Shown in pieces: positions 50,744-63,628 of a stretch of DNA of 64,000 nucleotides. The stretch comes from Malacoraja senta (taxonomy: Eukaryota). The notes beneath the pieces are model-generated. The model worked only from the letters and a program-made list of their open reading frames with translations. It had not been told where the DNA came from and searched no databases. Position 1 is the stretch's first letter. Each line of letters opens with the position of its first letter. Both the position numbers and the translations under genes were made by a program. Where the stretch lies: contig CM075988.1 of NCBI GenBank assembly GCA_038087875.1, positions 12,464,001 through 12,528,000 of the forward strand. The letters run 5' to 3'.

Positions 50744-52102
50744 GTAAGTGACCCTTCTTTCTTTAACGTCAGCAACAGCGATCTCCAGCACCTGGATGAG
50801 GGTGAGCTACACTGGGAATGGTGCACCCAAGGCTGAGACCTTCACTACAATTCATGGCAGGCGGTGGTCATTGTGATTTATTATGGAAGGTTACTCTGGT
50901 TATTACGAAGAAATTGTGGTTGAAGGAAAATCACTTTGCAACAAGTAATTTACCTAATTTCACATTGAAAACGATGCTAGACTTTTATTTTAATACTTTG
51001 GAATAAAGAGCGCAGGAACATTGAACTTTATGAATTCATTGTTCTTGAGATAGATGTGGCTGGTTAGTTCGTTGATTAAAAGTGTAGAGTTTGAAAGGAA
51101 TGTGACGTCTTTAACTTTCACCGAACCATGCGGCTTTACGCAGTCTTGGCTTTATTTACCTGACATGTGAAGAGGTGCTGTTATTGGGACATGGCTCTGT
51201 GGTTTGTGGTGATAACCTATTGTTGTATTACATGTAAAAACTGTCCTCGCTAAGCCAAATAATGTATTTTTGCAGTGTTACAATCTTACAGTGCATTAGG
51301 TGATCTCCATAGCATTCCAAATGTTAAGAGGTTGTGCTCGATAGTTTGTCATATCATGAATGCCAAATTTTAATTGTGAAATTGAGGATCATTTTTGTCA
51401 AAACCTCGGCTTTCCTCATGAAAACAAATGTGGACCAAGCTAGAAATAGTTAAGATAATTCAAGATGGTTCAAGGATGACAACAGCACATCAAAATATTT
51501 GATCGCCTCACATTTGATGAAAGCTGTGTGTTTGTGGCTAACTATCGCAAAGATACCTTTGTTATTTTACCTTAATTTCACCGTTTTGGATGCTGCTTTC
51601 CCTGAAGCATTCATTATCCACTACCTCTAACGTTCTTTCTCCAAGCCCATCCTCCATGTCTAATATTGATCAAGGAAAAGTATGTGCAGAGAACATGGTG
51701 GACATTTGCATTTTACTGAGCTACGAAGAGCAACGTTTTGTCAAATCATTTTGTCTGTAAATCGTGAAACGAAAATTATCTTGTGTTGTTACCGACCTGT
51801 CAAACGTCAGCTGCCATTAGTGTGAGCTTGTCAGTCAGCAGTTTGAGTGGAACAGAGATGAGTGACGGGAAGGATTATTTCATTGTCTGCTTGTGAAGAA
51901 ATGCAACCAAATGTTATGTTGTGAAAGTGCGCAGGAAATGCGCATGTATTACTTTATATAGAGTTTTCTGTCAGCCTTAACTTCCTTTGAGAGCAGCATC
52001 ACAGCAGACAGTCTCCAGCCTGTCAGTCAGATGCATGTTTTTGCTGGACTCCATCATTTCTTTCTCAAATAATCATGAGATAAAATGCCATTACACAAAA
52101 TG

Positions 52103-52275
52103 TGTAGGAAAGAACTGCAGATGCTGGTTTAAATCAAATATAGTCATAGAATGCTGGAGTAACTCAGCGGGACAGGCAGCATCTCTGGAGAGAAGGAATG
52201 GGCGATGTTTCGGTTCGAGACACTTCTTTAAACTGATCTAGTCCCACTGAGTTACTCCAGCATTTTGTGTCTATC
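52103..52275. mobile_element. Asymmetric fold-back Penelope derivative
   Basis: TSD tgccattacacaaaa(a)tg starting at 52086 and 52276. Confidence 0.85.
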
Positions 52276-52395
52276 TGCCATTACACAAAAATGGTTTCCA
52301 AAGCTAAAGTTTGTTGCAGCCATTTCAAGTTCGGCATGAAGTATTCATCAGTAATACCTTGGAGGATTATAAATTCTGATTTATACAAGAACATC

Positions 52396-52690
52396 GGGCA
52401 CCATGGTGGCGCAGCAGTAAAGTTGCTGCCCTACAGCACCAGGGACCCGGGTTCGATCCTGGCCATGGGTGCTGTTTGTACAGAGTTTGTATGTTCTCCC
52501 CGTGACCCTGCGTGGTTTTTCTCCAGGTGTTCCAGTTTCTCCCATTCTCCAAAGACATATGTGTTTGTATATTAATTGGCTTGGTATAATTGTAAATTGT
52601 CCCTCGCTTATAGCTTAGCATTAGTGTATGGGGATTGTTGGTTGGCACGGCCTCAGTGGTTCTGTTTCCGCGCTGTATCTCTAAACTAAG
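52396..52690 (+). mobile_element. tRNA-derived SINE
   Basis: gggcaccatggtggcgcagc, GGTTCGATCC, ctaaactaa tail. Confidence 0.85.
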
Positions 52691-55600
52691 CAAAAGGTGG
52701 TTTAGAAAAAATATATAACATATGAACCAAACATTGTCCTGATATCGTGCTCATCATCAGTAATGGAAAAGGGTTAGTGATGGAGGGGTTATATCCATCC
52801 AATCTCAAGTCAGAAATGAAGTTAGTCGGAACAATGGCAATAGTTCTGCGGAGCCAGATGGTGATTTCACATTAGCCTCCACCCATGGCAATTCCCTCAA
52901 CTATCACCACCCTGTTCAACCCAACCTATTGTTCCTAAAAGCCAATGCCAGGTAAATTTGGACCTGCAGAAGGCAAACTGCCTGGAAGCATACCGGGCAC
53001 TGCAGCTTGCATTGAATATGAAGATAACATTGTGACCCAATTTGGCCAGCTTTTGGCCTTATTCATTCTTGCCCGAATCTGATGTCAAATTAATTTCTGC
53101 ACTATTTTCTTTGTAATACCACGAATTAGTGGTGTAAATAGGCTGCTTTCTCACAGAAAACCCACAATTATCTTTGAATTAAGTGTTTGATAGATTAGCA
53201 TGCACTTGTGTTTCTATAAAATGCTTGCAGGCTGTGTACAACATATAATTTACTCTTCACATTTGTGGAGTTAATGAGCAGGATACAAAGAAAACTGTGG
53301 CACATTGGATATTTACAGGAAAAAATACCAAATTAAAATATAATTCAGCTGTGACAGAATTCAGTATACATATATAAAATCTCCTTCCTAAGTGCATCTT
53401 TCCCTTAATCCTTAGTCACGTGGTGAATTGCAATACAAATATAGAAAGCACAAAGGTATTGCAGTTGCCCTATTACATTTTGTCTGGTCTGTTCCCATTC
53501 TTTTCACTTTTTTGTTCATTTAATTTTCTTTCCTTCTCTCACTGAAAGTGCTAATTCAAGTAGGACTCTTGTGCCTCAGTCTCATTCACTGTTTGATCCC
53601 TCTGCCATTCTGCAATTGATTGCATTGCTGGAACAAAGCTGTTAATTGAATTCTGGAAGCCTGTTTTGTGTCTTTTTTTTGTGATTCTACCCACTGGTGC
53701 ACTAATGAGTTAAATGCATTATTTCATTTTCCGCCACATGTTATGTATATTTAATTAATTGTATGTACCAGCACCTTTTCTTCGTGAATATATAAAGAAG
53801 TAGTCAGTGTAGCATGCAAATCATCTCCTTTTCCAGGTCTTGATCAGCTTATCATTTCAGTGTGTTTTTTGGCCTATTTAGATTTTTCCTATTTAATAAC
53901 CCCTTGTCTCATCTCTTTCCACCTCCATATGTATTTTCCACTTTTCTCCACTTTAATATTTTCCGGTTTTCTGGCCTCAAACACTTATTTTCACAATAAA
54001 GGTCTCATTCCTACATGTGTGTATATATTTATATAATGGTATATGGACACACTGATCTGTTCTGTATTATTCATGCCTACTATATTCTGTTGTGCTGAAG
54101 CAAAGCAAGAATTTCATTGTCCTATCTTGGACACATGACAATAAACTCTCTTGAATATTGACCTATTTAAACGTTCTTAGAGCCACTGCTTCTTTCTTCA
54201 GTGGAGGTCAAACTAATTGAGGACTACCACCATTCATCTCCATTTGGTTGATCTCGGTCATGCATTGAAAAGCTCCACTCATTTTCTCCAAATAAAGGTA
54301 TTGCTATTGTGTTTGAAATGTGTTCAAGCTATTCCATCCTGTTTGAGTAACCTCTCAAAAATTCTATGTTCCAGTCCTCTCACATTTTCTAATCCTATGA
54401 TGGTTGTGTGCCATTTCCTGCCTTTGACTCAAACAAGACCAATTTATCAAATTTGCTGCCAATTACCCCCCATCCTTCACCTTTGAATGGTCCACCTTCA
54501 GCTCTTCCCTTTTTTTTACCTGACCTTTACTTCTGTTCTGAAGAATATCTTTGTACTAATGTCCTCCTTAACCCTCCACACGTAACTTGACTACAAATCC
54601 TTCCAGCCACTTTCTGCACGGACTCCATTTTTTTTACCCAAGTTGTTCACCACATTTGCATATTCCACAGTGATGCCTTCCAAACCAGTGTGGTATCTGC
54701 TCTTCTCATCTGAAGGTTTCCCACTTTTATGGTTGACGATCAAATCTTCTACTGTCATAATCTGTGTGGCTAAATTCCAAACCAACAATCCACTCAACAA
54801 TATAGCCCCTGTGATTTCAGAATACAAATGTGTTATCAATCTGACCAGGGAACATTGAGGTACTATTTTTAGTCCCAGCCCCTGCTCCATCTCCACCTCT
54901 TGATCTGTGCACTTGTCTATTGCTGATGACCACATACTGTATTAGGAATTTATTGAAGAATCATGACCTACAAGACTGTCGACCAAGAGATGGCATGTGG
55001 GATTAACCTGAAATCCAGGTTTTTAAGCCATTAAGGTTATGATGGATCAAATGGTCTTCTTCTCTAATGTAATCGTCCAGAATTCAATCATTTTCTGCAG
55101 AACTAATTATTTTTATGTGAATTATTATATTTAAAATATATATTAAGAGAAATGTCAGCAAGATGGCGGTGAATGCGTTGGATTGCCATTCTGCTATATG
55201 GACAGGGATTGTGTGCAGTTAAGCCCCCAAAATGCAGAGGGACATACCAGAAGAAGCACATGCTGATCTGTCGTCTTTAATTTATATTAAATGTGAAATC
55301 AGAAAAAGAAGCTGTATTACAGGATCTGCCTATGACCCATTTCTGCAACCTTGACCATTAGCCCCAAGGGTCAATTCTCCATGGTCTTCAGGAAAATGCA
55401 TAAGAGACAAGTACTTCTTTCAGAAATGTAACTGTTAACCCTAATCCCCAAATGCACACATCTTCCTCTCCAATTCAGGACACTGAACACACTTCCTTTC
55501 TGTCCATTCTCAGCAAACCTGCCCTGTCAGCACTAGTTTTCAAAGTGTCAACTTCCCCTTCAGATACAGAAAGTCCCATCTGATGCAGATTACTGTCAAC

Positions 55601-56327
55601 AACCCAAATTATATGTTCATTTTAAATGTCCAAGACCTTAATCAGTTTTGCTTTGGCCTTACCTGGAAATCAAAAACAACTCTTATCTGTTGAGTTTATA
55701 TATTTCTTACCTCATAGATACAGGCAAGCACCAAAAGGCTGTGAGACCCAAAAAGAAATGGTAATTAATCAGCAATTCTGTCCACTCAACTGAGACAGGA
55801 TATTATTTTCTGTCTGATTGCATGAAACAAGATTGTTACGATTAAAACAAAGCGAACCTCCATTCTTCTATACCTACTCTGGATAAAGTTTCTTAACAAT
55901 TTAACTTGGGGCTCGTCATGTACCGTTACTAAATCCTTTTTGGAGAAACTGGGGAAGTGCATGTGTGATCGACATGCAGAGCTTGTCTAATTCGCAAACA
56001 GATGTTGTTGTTTATCCTGGGGGAACACAATTACTCAAATGGAAATATGAATCCTCTCCTATGCGGCTTTGTTTCTTATTATAAATATAAGATATGAAAT
56101 GCATCTGTATCTAGTTTATGTTTGTGGATAGATAGCAAGTTTCAGTTAAACCCAAAGACGACGCTCAGTATTGTTAAGAAAGGAGTGAAATAAAGGCCAA
56201 CGGGACTAACAAGTCCATTCACAATGTATTTTATTCTTGCATCTGACTGGAGCACCATTTTCACTTTGAGTTTGAGATCTATTTGCCACCACGTGCAGCT
56301 TTTTGGAAGAATATAGATTAAAAATAT

Positions 56328-56720
56328 ATGATACGATACGATAGAACTTTATTTATCCCAGGAGGGAAATTGATCTGCCACCAGTTATAAAATACAAGAT
56401 ACATGAAACATGACATTAAAGCGACGGTTGGAAAGGATTGGGGATGTGCAAAGATTGGGGGCGTGGGGGGGGGGGGGGGGGAGTCAGTCTATCCACGACA
56501 GAAAGGGGAGGAGTTGTACAGTTTGACAGCCACAGAGAAAAGGGATCTCTTGTGGCACTCTGTCCTACATCTTGATGGAACCAGTCTATTGCTGAAGGTG
56601 CTCCTCAGGTTGACCAGTGTGTCATGTAGGGGGGGGGGGGGTGAGCTGTATTGTCCAAGATGCTCCACAGTTTGAGGAGTATCCTCCCCTCCCTCCACAA
56701 ATATCATCAATGTTTCCCAA
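56328..56720 (-). mobile_element. Rex1/Babar-type LINE 3' end (third subfamily)
   Basis: ORF 56489-56749: PLHDTLVNLRSTFSNRLVPSRCRTECHKRSLFSVAVKLYN. Tail is (gatac)n on the + strand; contains poly-G tracts. Confidence 0.8.
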
Positions 56721-57178
56721 GAGCAAGATATGATGATGATGCCATACATTGATTCTGGTTACTGTGTTCACCAGCAGACAAGGGTTTGATTTCTCAGTTC
56801 TGCTGTGGCAGTCCGTTGGGTTTGAGGATGATTTGCTTCTGCTGGGTCTGTGGGCTCTGAGGAGACTGATGAACCAAGATGGAACTGCAGGTTTTACCAG
56901 AGGTTCGGCTAGGCAGTGCTCAGGTGGTAGGACAGGGTGTTTAATCTGCAAGATGGCACATTCCCTCTGCTGTTAACGTGGGGCTTGTTAATATAATTGA
57001 GGTTCTCAAGACCATCCTGAACGCTCCTTCATTACGGTACATACAACAATTAAATACTAGAATGTCACCAATGTCACGTGTCTGGTATTCTCAGGATTTG
57101 AGGACAGTTACATCTTTTCATGGAGGTTTTGCAAACATATTTGAATCTTTTCCTCTATCTAGCTGTTACCATTTTACT

Positions 57179-57367
57179 GTGTAGGAAGGAATTGCAGATG
57201 CTCGTTTACACTGATGATAATTACAGAATGTTGGAGTAACTCAGCAGGAAAGGCAGCATCTCTGAAGAAAAGGAATAGATGACGTTTCGTGTTGAAACCC
57301 TTCTTCAGTGTGAAGAACAGTCTCGACCCGAAATGTCCCAATTCCTTTTCTCCAGAGATGCTGCCTG
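57179..57367. mobile_element. Fold-back Penelope derivative
   Basis: The arms meet at ttcttca-gtg-tgaagaa, placing two hammerhead-like cores back to back. Confidence 0.78.
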
Positions 57368-58654
57368 GTAATGTTTTACTGCGTGGAATTGTATTAAGCA
57401 ACCAATTCTGATCAAATTCAGTCGACAAACATCCATGTCCTTTGACACTGGACAAACCTATTGAGTTTAGTGTATGTTTCTTGTTTACGTCAATATTTTT
57501 TGTCCTTCAGTCTTAATCCTCGCCGTGTCACTGTTGATGAGACCCAGGTGGCAGAGTTGCACACATGTGAGAATGGCTGTCTCAGGACACTGTGATCTGT
57601 GTTCTGGCCTTTGGTGCGATTTGAACAGAGCCTGCCTGTTCTATCCGTGACCGCCTTGATTTATACCAGGCGCTCTTATTTCCTCCAACATCCTAACAAC
57701 ATGCACATTGATATTAATTGGCCAATCTACATTGCTTCAAATACATAGGCATATTGTAGATTATGAGGGGAGTTGATGAGACTCTATGGAGAATAGGTCG
57801 CTGGGAAAATGAGTGGAAAATTCAGTTTGCCCTATGAGCCAGCAGAGACTAAATAACCATCGAGTCTATGTTTGCCAGCATAAGAAAGCATAAGGGCAAA
57901 GAGTTCCTTTGAGGTACTTAGTGTCTTAGGATGTCAGAATTTTGAAGATCGATTAAGGTAGTTTATCGATGGTTTGGAAACTCTGTATATTTCAGCATCT
58001 CAGCAAAGAGGAAGGAGATTGGATTATTTTACCTTCCATCTCAGTGAGGAATGTGGAGAATTCACGGTGGTGGATGTTTATGTTAACTTCTATGTAGTTG
58101 TGTGCCTTGTTGCTTTTTTTTTGTATGGCTGTATGGTAATTCACATATCACTGTACCTTAATTGGTACATGTGACAATAAAAGGCCTTTGAAACCTTTGA
58201 ACTTGCATTCCACATGGGTAAATGCTAGTTCAAAAGGATGATGCTCAATAGGGAGCAGGAGATTTTGATGTCAACATGCCAATGACTGTCCATGCAGCCG
58301 GGTTCTGCTGCATGGCAAAGAGATTTATTTGGTGGCTTAATAACATATTACAAACGCAAGACTTTGAAAAAGGCACTTTTGAAATCATTTATTGTATTGT
58401 TATACAAAGTGGATGTAATGACTGTTTCTCCCTTATCCATTAAAGGTATCTGTATAAAACATAATGCTTATTTCCAGAATATGTGGGCTGAAATCTGATG
58501 ATTTGGATGTTTTGTGATCTGTAACTGTTGTGGCTGATTATTGTAGCTGTAAGACTGTGTAGATAAAATGTTTCCCTTTAAAGATAATGCTCAAATGATG
58601 AGTCTACAATCATCATGCTGATATTATGTACAATTACATTGGTGACATTCTAGT

Positions 58655-59035
58655 ATTTAATAGTCATATGTTCCGGCAACGGAACAATGAAATTCTTACT
58701 TGCTGCAGCTTTACAGGCCCAATTATGCAGCAACACACAATAAATATACAATAGTTAACAACATAACAAATTAATAGTCAGTAGTTATCCAGGCCAGAAT
58801 AGTGGAAAACAAAAATCTGCAGTGCAACCGAAAAAAAAGTCCATAGTAGATCATCGTTATCGAGGTAGAGTTGTGGGGGATATAGTACAGTGTTCAAAAG
58901 TCTTGGGATTGCTGGGAAGAAGCTGTTCTTGAACTTGAAGGTTACCGATTTCATGTTCTTGCACCTTATTCCCGATCATAGTAGCGCGATGATGGCCAGG
59001 GCGGCGTGGATCGTAGATGATATCAGCTGCTTTCT
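58655..59035 (-). mobile_element. Degenerate Rex1/Babar 3' end
   Basis: aacaatgaaattcttacttgc motif shared with 27370-27392, 50398-50418 and 54100-54122; also gctgggaagaagctgttcttgaac. Confidence 0.6.
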
Positions 59036-59109
59036 CTGCAGAGAAGTACTAGAACTCTGATCTCCCATGCCGGTGACTAAGTTCTAATGAACATTTTTTA
59101 ATATTCCTA

Positions 59110-59425
59110 TGTAGACAATCAGAACCTTTTTAGCAGGATGGAAAAATCAAATGCCAGAGGATATTGTTTTAAGGTGGGAGGGGAAAAGTTTAAAGGAGAT
59201 GTGCAGGGCAACTTTATTCACACACAGGCTGGTGGGCGCCTCACATGTGGTGCCAGGGTTGGTGAGTGTAATAGTGATATTTAGGAGGTTTTTGGACAAG
59301 CATATGGATATGTAAGGAGTGGGGGGTATGGATTGTGCACAGGTCTACAAGAAATGGTCTTGTCATCATATTTGGCACAGACATTGTGGGCCAAAGGGCC
59401 TGTTCTTGTGCTGTACTGTTCTATT
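59110..59425 (+). mobile_element. Degenerate CR1 3' end
   Basis: tttaaggtgggaggggaaaagtttaaaggagatgtg...gggccaaagggcctgttcttgtgctgtactgttctat. Confidence 0.7.
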
Positions 59426-60196
59426 TATATTCTTTAGCCATATAATACAGTGAAAAAGGCAGGACCATGCGCACTTACCATCAAAACTAAATGGATTGGA
59501 AAAAAGATAATCCTGAGCACATGCCAGCAGAACAATGGGAGATTATATAAACTGGTAGGTGTTTAATTCTGGACAGATAACCAGAAGCACTTATCATGTA
59601 AGTAAGATCAATACTGAAATTTATCATCTGGGGCTGGACTGGTTGTGGAGGTACTAAATGTTCTCTTCATCTCTTTGTTTCTTTGCAGTTGCCTCTCCTA
59701 TGTACACAATTTCTTGCAGCTCCAGTTTTGTATTTGATTTTTGTTCTGATTAAATGTAAATTGTTTCTGCTTGGATTCAATTTGAGATTTAATGTTGGTA
59801 TCAGATTCTGACTGTGTATTTCAGGCAGTCTGCCACAGTAAATATTTATTGTCAATGCTTTTGCTGTACAAATACCAAGAAGATTATCAGTGCTTCACCA
59901 TTGTTGCTGGATAAAACTGATAACAACTTCTGGTGTTAACATACACAATTAATTGTGGATATGTGTAAGTTGCTATCAATGATACTCTGGTATTCCACAG
60001 TACAGTACTGCTGCCTTTCAACTTGGGAAGTAATATAAAGGTGCAGGAATAACCCATCTAACCCATCGAGTCACGCTGCCATTCATTAAGATTGTGGCTG
60101 ATCTTCAACTGAGCATCCATCCCTATCTTTTAACTCTGTCCCTATATTTTATCCCTTGCTTTCCGAAATGTCGAGAAAGTCCATACTTGGGCAGTA

Positions 60197-60478
60197 TGTT
60201 GGCACAGCGGTAAAGTTGCTGCCTTACAGTGCCAGAGACTCGGGTTCGATCCTGACTATGGGTGCTGTCTGTATGGATTATGTACGGTTTCCCCGTGACC
60301 GTGTGGGCTTTCCCGTGTGCTCTGGTTTCCTCCCACAATTGCAAAGACGTACAAGTTTGTAGGTTAAAATTGTAAATTGCCCCAAATTTAAATAGAATAG
60401 TGTACGGGGATTGCTGGTCGGCACGGACTCAGTGGGCCGAAGGGCCTGTTTCCGCGCTGTATCTCTAAACTAAACTGA
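60197..60478 (+). mobile_element. tRNA-derived SINE inserted in an old CR1 (~60040-60960, - strand)
   Basis: tggcacagcgg A box, GGTTCGATCC B box, ctaaactaaactgaa tail. Confidence 0.85.
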
Positions 60479-61665
60479 ATGTATTGATCTATGTTTTGAA
60501 CGAGCCCAACAAATAAGCCTCCAGTACTCTCCAAACAGAAAATTCCAAAGAGTCACCACCATTTTGGTGTGAAGATATTTCTCCTTGTTTCAGTTCTAAA
60601 TGATTACGCTTCATCCTGAAGCTGCACCCATTGTCCAACACTCCTTGGTCAGGGAAAGCAGCTCCCCTGTTGGTGGTCTTCCCAGCCCTGTATGTCTTCT
60701 GTATGTGCTCCTATCATACTTGCAAACGTAAGAGATTGTAGTCACATCCTACTCAATCTCTCCTCAGCCCTCCCATACATGCAAGCTTTCTGGTGTGTCC
60801 TCTCTCAACTCCCTCTCTGAAATGTACATCCAGATGTGGCGCCACAATGCATTTTACATTTACAGTAAGGCTTCCTTACTCTTGTATTCGAGTCCTCTCG
60901 TAATAAGAGTTGACCATTTGGCCTTTTAACCACTTGCTGTATTTGCAAGTAGCTTTTGCTCGTGTACAAGCACACACTTATGAGTTTTGCTCATGTACAA
61001 ACAGATGCAGTTTGTGTTCACCAGGATGCTGCCTGGTGTGGAACCTTTCAGTAATGAGGAGAGATTGGATAGGCTATGTTTGGCTTTACTGGTATGGAGG
61101 AGGCTAAGGAGGGACCCAATAGAGGGATATACAATTGTGAGCAGTGTAAATAGGTTAGATATTAGGAAACCTATCCTTGTCTAAAACTAGAAGGCAGGCA
61201 GGGTTTTGGGTGTTGCAATTAATTTGCACAATGAGCAACAACTATGGTTTCCTTTGTTTAGATGTAACATCTTGGTTTCTTCTGAGCATCTTCACATTCA
61301 AACAGGATATAATGATCACTCTTCCCCAAAAACTTCCTCACAATACAATTATCAATTAATAATCTACGAAGGTTTGTCAATATATTGATCTAGCAAAGAT
61401 TTTTGTATGCATTTCACAAATTCATCTTCCACCTTATCACAACAAATATGATTGTACCACCCTTAATGTCTTAATGTCTGTAAAGGTTGTGCATGGACTC
61501 CTGTATTTCCCCTGTCTCCCACGCCTTTTGATATGGGCAAGTTGGGCTGAAGGGCCTGTTTCCAAGCTGTGTGACCTCTAATTTCCTGATATGTGCCGCG
61601 ATCAGTATTACTCATATAAATAACTTCAACCAATATGTTCTCTGCTTTGTTATTTTGTGTTCTAT

Positions 61666-62431
61666 AGGGCCTTGCCCACTTAGGCGATTTTCCAGCGGAC
61701 TACCAGCGACTGTCAAATTTGCGGCACTCGCCTGAAAAATCGGGGAACTGGAATGGTGACTGTCAGAGTGGAACACACACACAAACACATCGCAAAGGCG
61801 GGGGCCAGGGAAAGTGGGGGGAGCGCTGTCCGAAATTCACATGGTGCAAAGCCAAGGTGATACAGACACAGACCGCGATGAACAGGAAGGTTAAGACGGC
61901 TAGCACAGTGTACCAAGAGGAGGAAGGAGGGGAGGAGAAGGGGGCAGAAGGGGGGAGAAGGAGTGGAGACACATTTAGGAAGTCAGGCAACTTTTAATAA
62001 GCCACAGCTGTGAAGTTTGGCAGGCATTTAATATTACCGGTCGGTTATCCTTGGTTCTGAAAACTCGTGCTTACGGTTTTTTCCCCCAATGAGCCAATGA
62101 AAATGACCGGTCAGCAAAGGCGATTAACTAAAACTACCAACGACTACCTCGACTACCCATAACTACATGGTGACCCCACTACAACTGCACCTACGACTAC
62201 AGGATTATTGATTTTCTCCATGGCAACCAATTTTTGGTCGCAGAAAATTTTCCAACATGTTGAAAATTTGAAGCGACCATACTGAGGCTGCGACTAGTTC
62301 CCAGAATGCGGGAACTCCTCGCGACCATGAAGGAGACTCACCAGAGACCACCAGCGAACAGGTGGCGATATTGTGGCGAGCGCAGAGTCTACTTCACTCG
62401 CCTAAAAAGTCGCCAAAGTGGGACAAGGCCT
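61666..62431. mobile_element. PIF/Harbinger-like non-autonomous DNA transposon, ~765 bp
   Basis: Degenerate TIRs agggccttgcccactt / aagtgggacaaggcct. Reverse-complement paralog of 23841-24545. Flanked by a 33-bp direct duplication. Confidence 0.85.
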
Positions 62432-62862
62432 TCCAATATATTCTCTGCTTTGCTATTTTGTGTTCCATTTTCAATTGATTCTCATAGAATCTGTCATGCA
62501 ATGGATTTACCTCACTACCCCAATGATTTCTCTCTGAATATGGTTACATTTATTGATCCTTATTCCGTAAGGAGTACTACGATTTTTTTTCTGGTGAAGT
62601 AACTGAAGATTACTGTTGAACAACCTCTTTGACCCAGAAAAAATAAATTTACCATTGTGAATGCTGATATCCAAGGCAGGAAATTAATCCTTTTTTGCTG
62701 TATTATCTATAATCTTTAATATCATTTACATTCAGTCTTTATTTGTTCTATGTTATTTAAATGGAATAGATATTTATCTTTACTTTAATGCACTGCTATC
62801 TGTGCGTCAGTGAGAATCTTCAGTCTGATTGCTTAAAAGACACAATGTTCTACCAGCCCCCA

Positions 62863-63088
62863 TTGTGTGGGACGGAACTACAGACGCTGGTTGACACTGA
62901 AGATAGACATAAAATGTTGCAGTAACTCAGCGGGTCAGGCAGCATCTCTGGAGAAAAGGAATAGGTGACATTTCACGTCGAGACCGTTCATCAGTTTGAT
63001 GAAGGGTTTCTCCCCGAAACGTCAATTATTCCATTTCCACAGAGATGCTGCCTGACCCGCTAAGTTACTCCAGCGGTTTGTGTCTGTA
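62863..63088. mobile_element. Fold-back Penelope derivative
   Basis: gtaactcagcgggtcaggcagcatctctg / cagagatgctgcctgacccgctaagttac as inverted arms; degenerate flanking duplication. Confidence 0.8.
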
Positions 63089-63205
63089 GCGCCCTCTTGT
63101 GGGATCACCACAATCAAACTGAAGGAAAATAAACCCCACATCCAAATTTGCACAATGTCAGGAAGCACTTGTAAGCTAGGTGAACAGCTATAGTTGGTGA
63201 TGGTA

Positions 63206-63628
63206 CAGGTCCATCGCCGATTTTCCGGGATCCTTTGTTCCAGAGCCTTTCTGGATTATCCGTTTTGTCAGATCAACGGAGGTCATGGCCTCCTACAGGA
63301 GTCCAATGGCCCCGGAACAGTCTGCCTAGGTCGCCAGGGAGCCGAGATACCAGCCCGCAAAGTCGGCCTTGGAATTTGGCTATGAGAACGTACAGTATCT
63401 GTCGGCTCCGGCTGGGCCACAGTTCAGGAGCCCCGGCCACAGGGGGTAAATTCGACTTGCCAACCGGCGCGGAAGTCCCGATGAGGTAGAGATCGGCTGC
63501 CTCACCCAGACTAGGCGTTTCATTTTTGGGGGACTTCCAGGAGGGGATTTCAAGTGCGCTCTCATATTTTTGTCTGGACGAAAGGAGGTGCCGAACCACC
63601 TGGTGCTGGAAAATAGGCGGTGGACCTG
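63206..63628. mobile_element. Tc1/mariner/pogo-like MITE, GC-rich, 423 bp
   Basis: TA|CAGGTCCATCGCCGATTTTCC ... GGAAAATAGGCGGTGGACCTG|TA: TA TSD and a ~21-bp TIR with two mismatches. Confidence 0.85.

Noticed and set aside
63470..63590. ccgatgag...cgaaag resembling a hammerhead core
   Set aside because: Lacks the CUGA box, and the spacing and helices do not fit.
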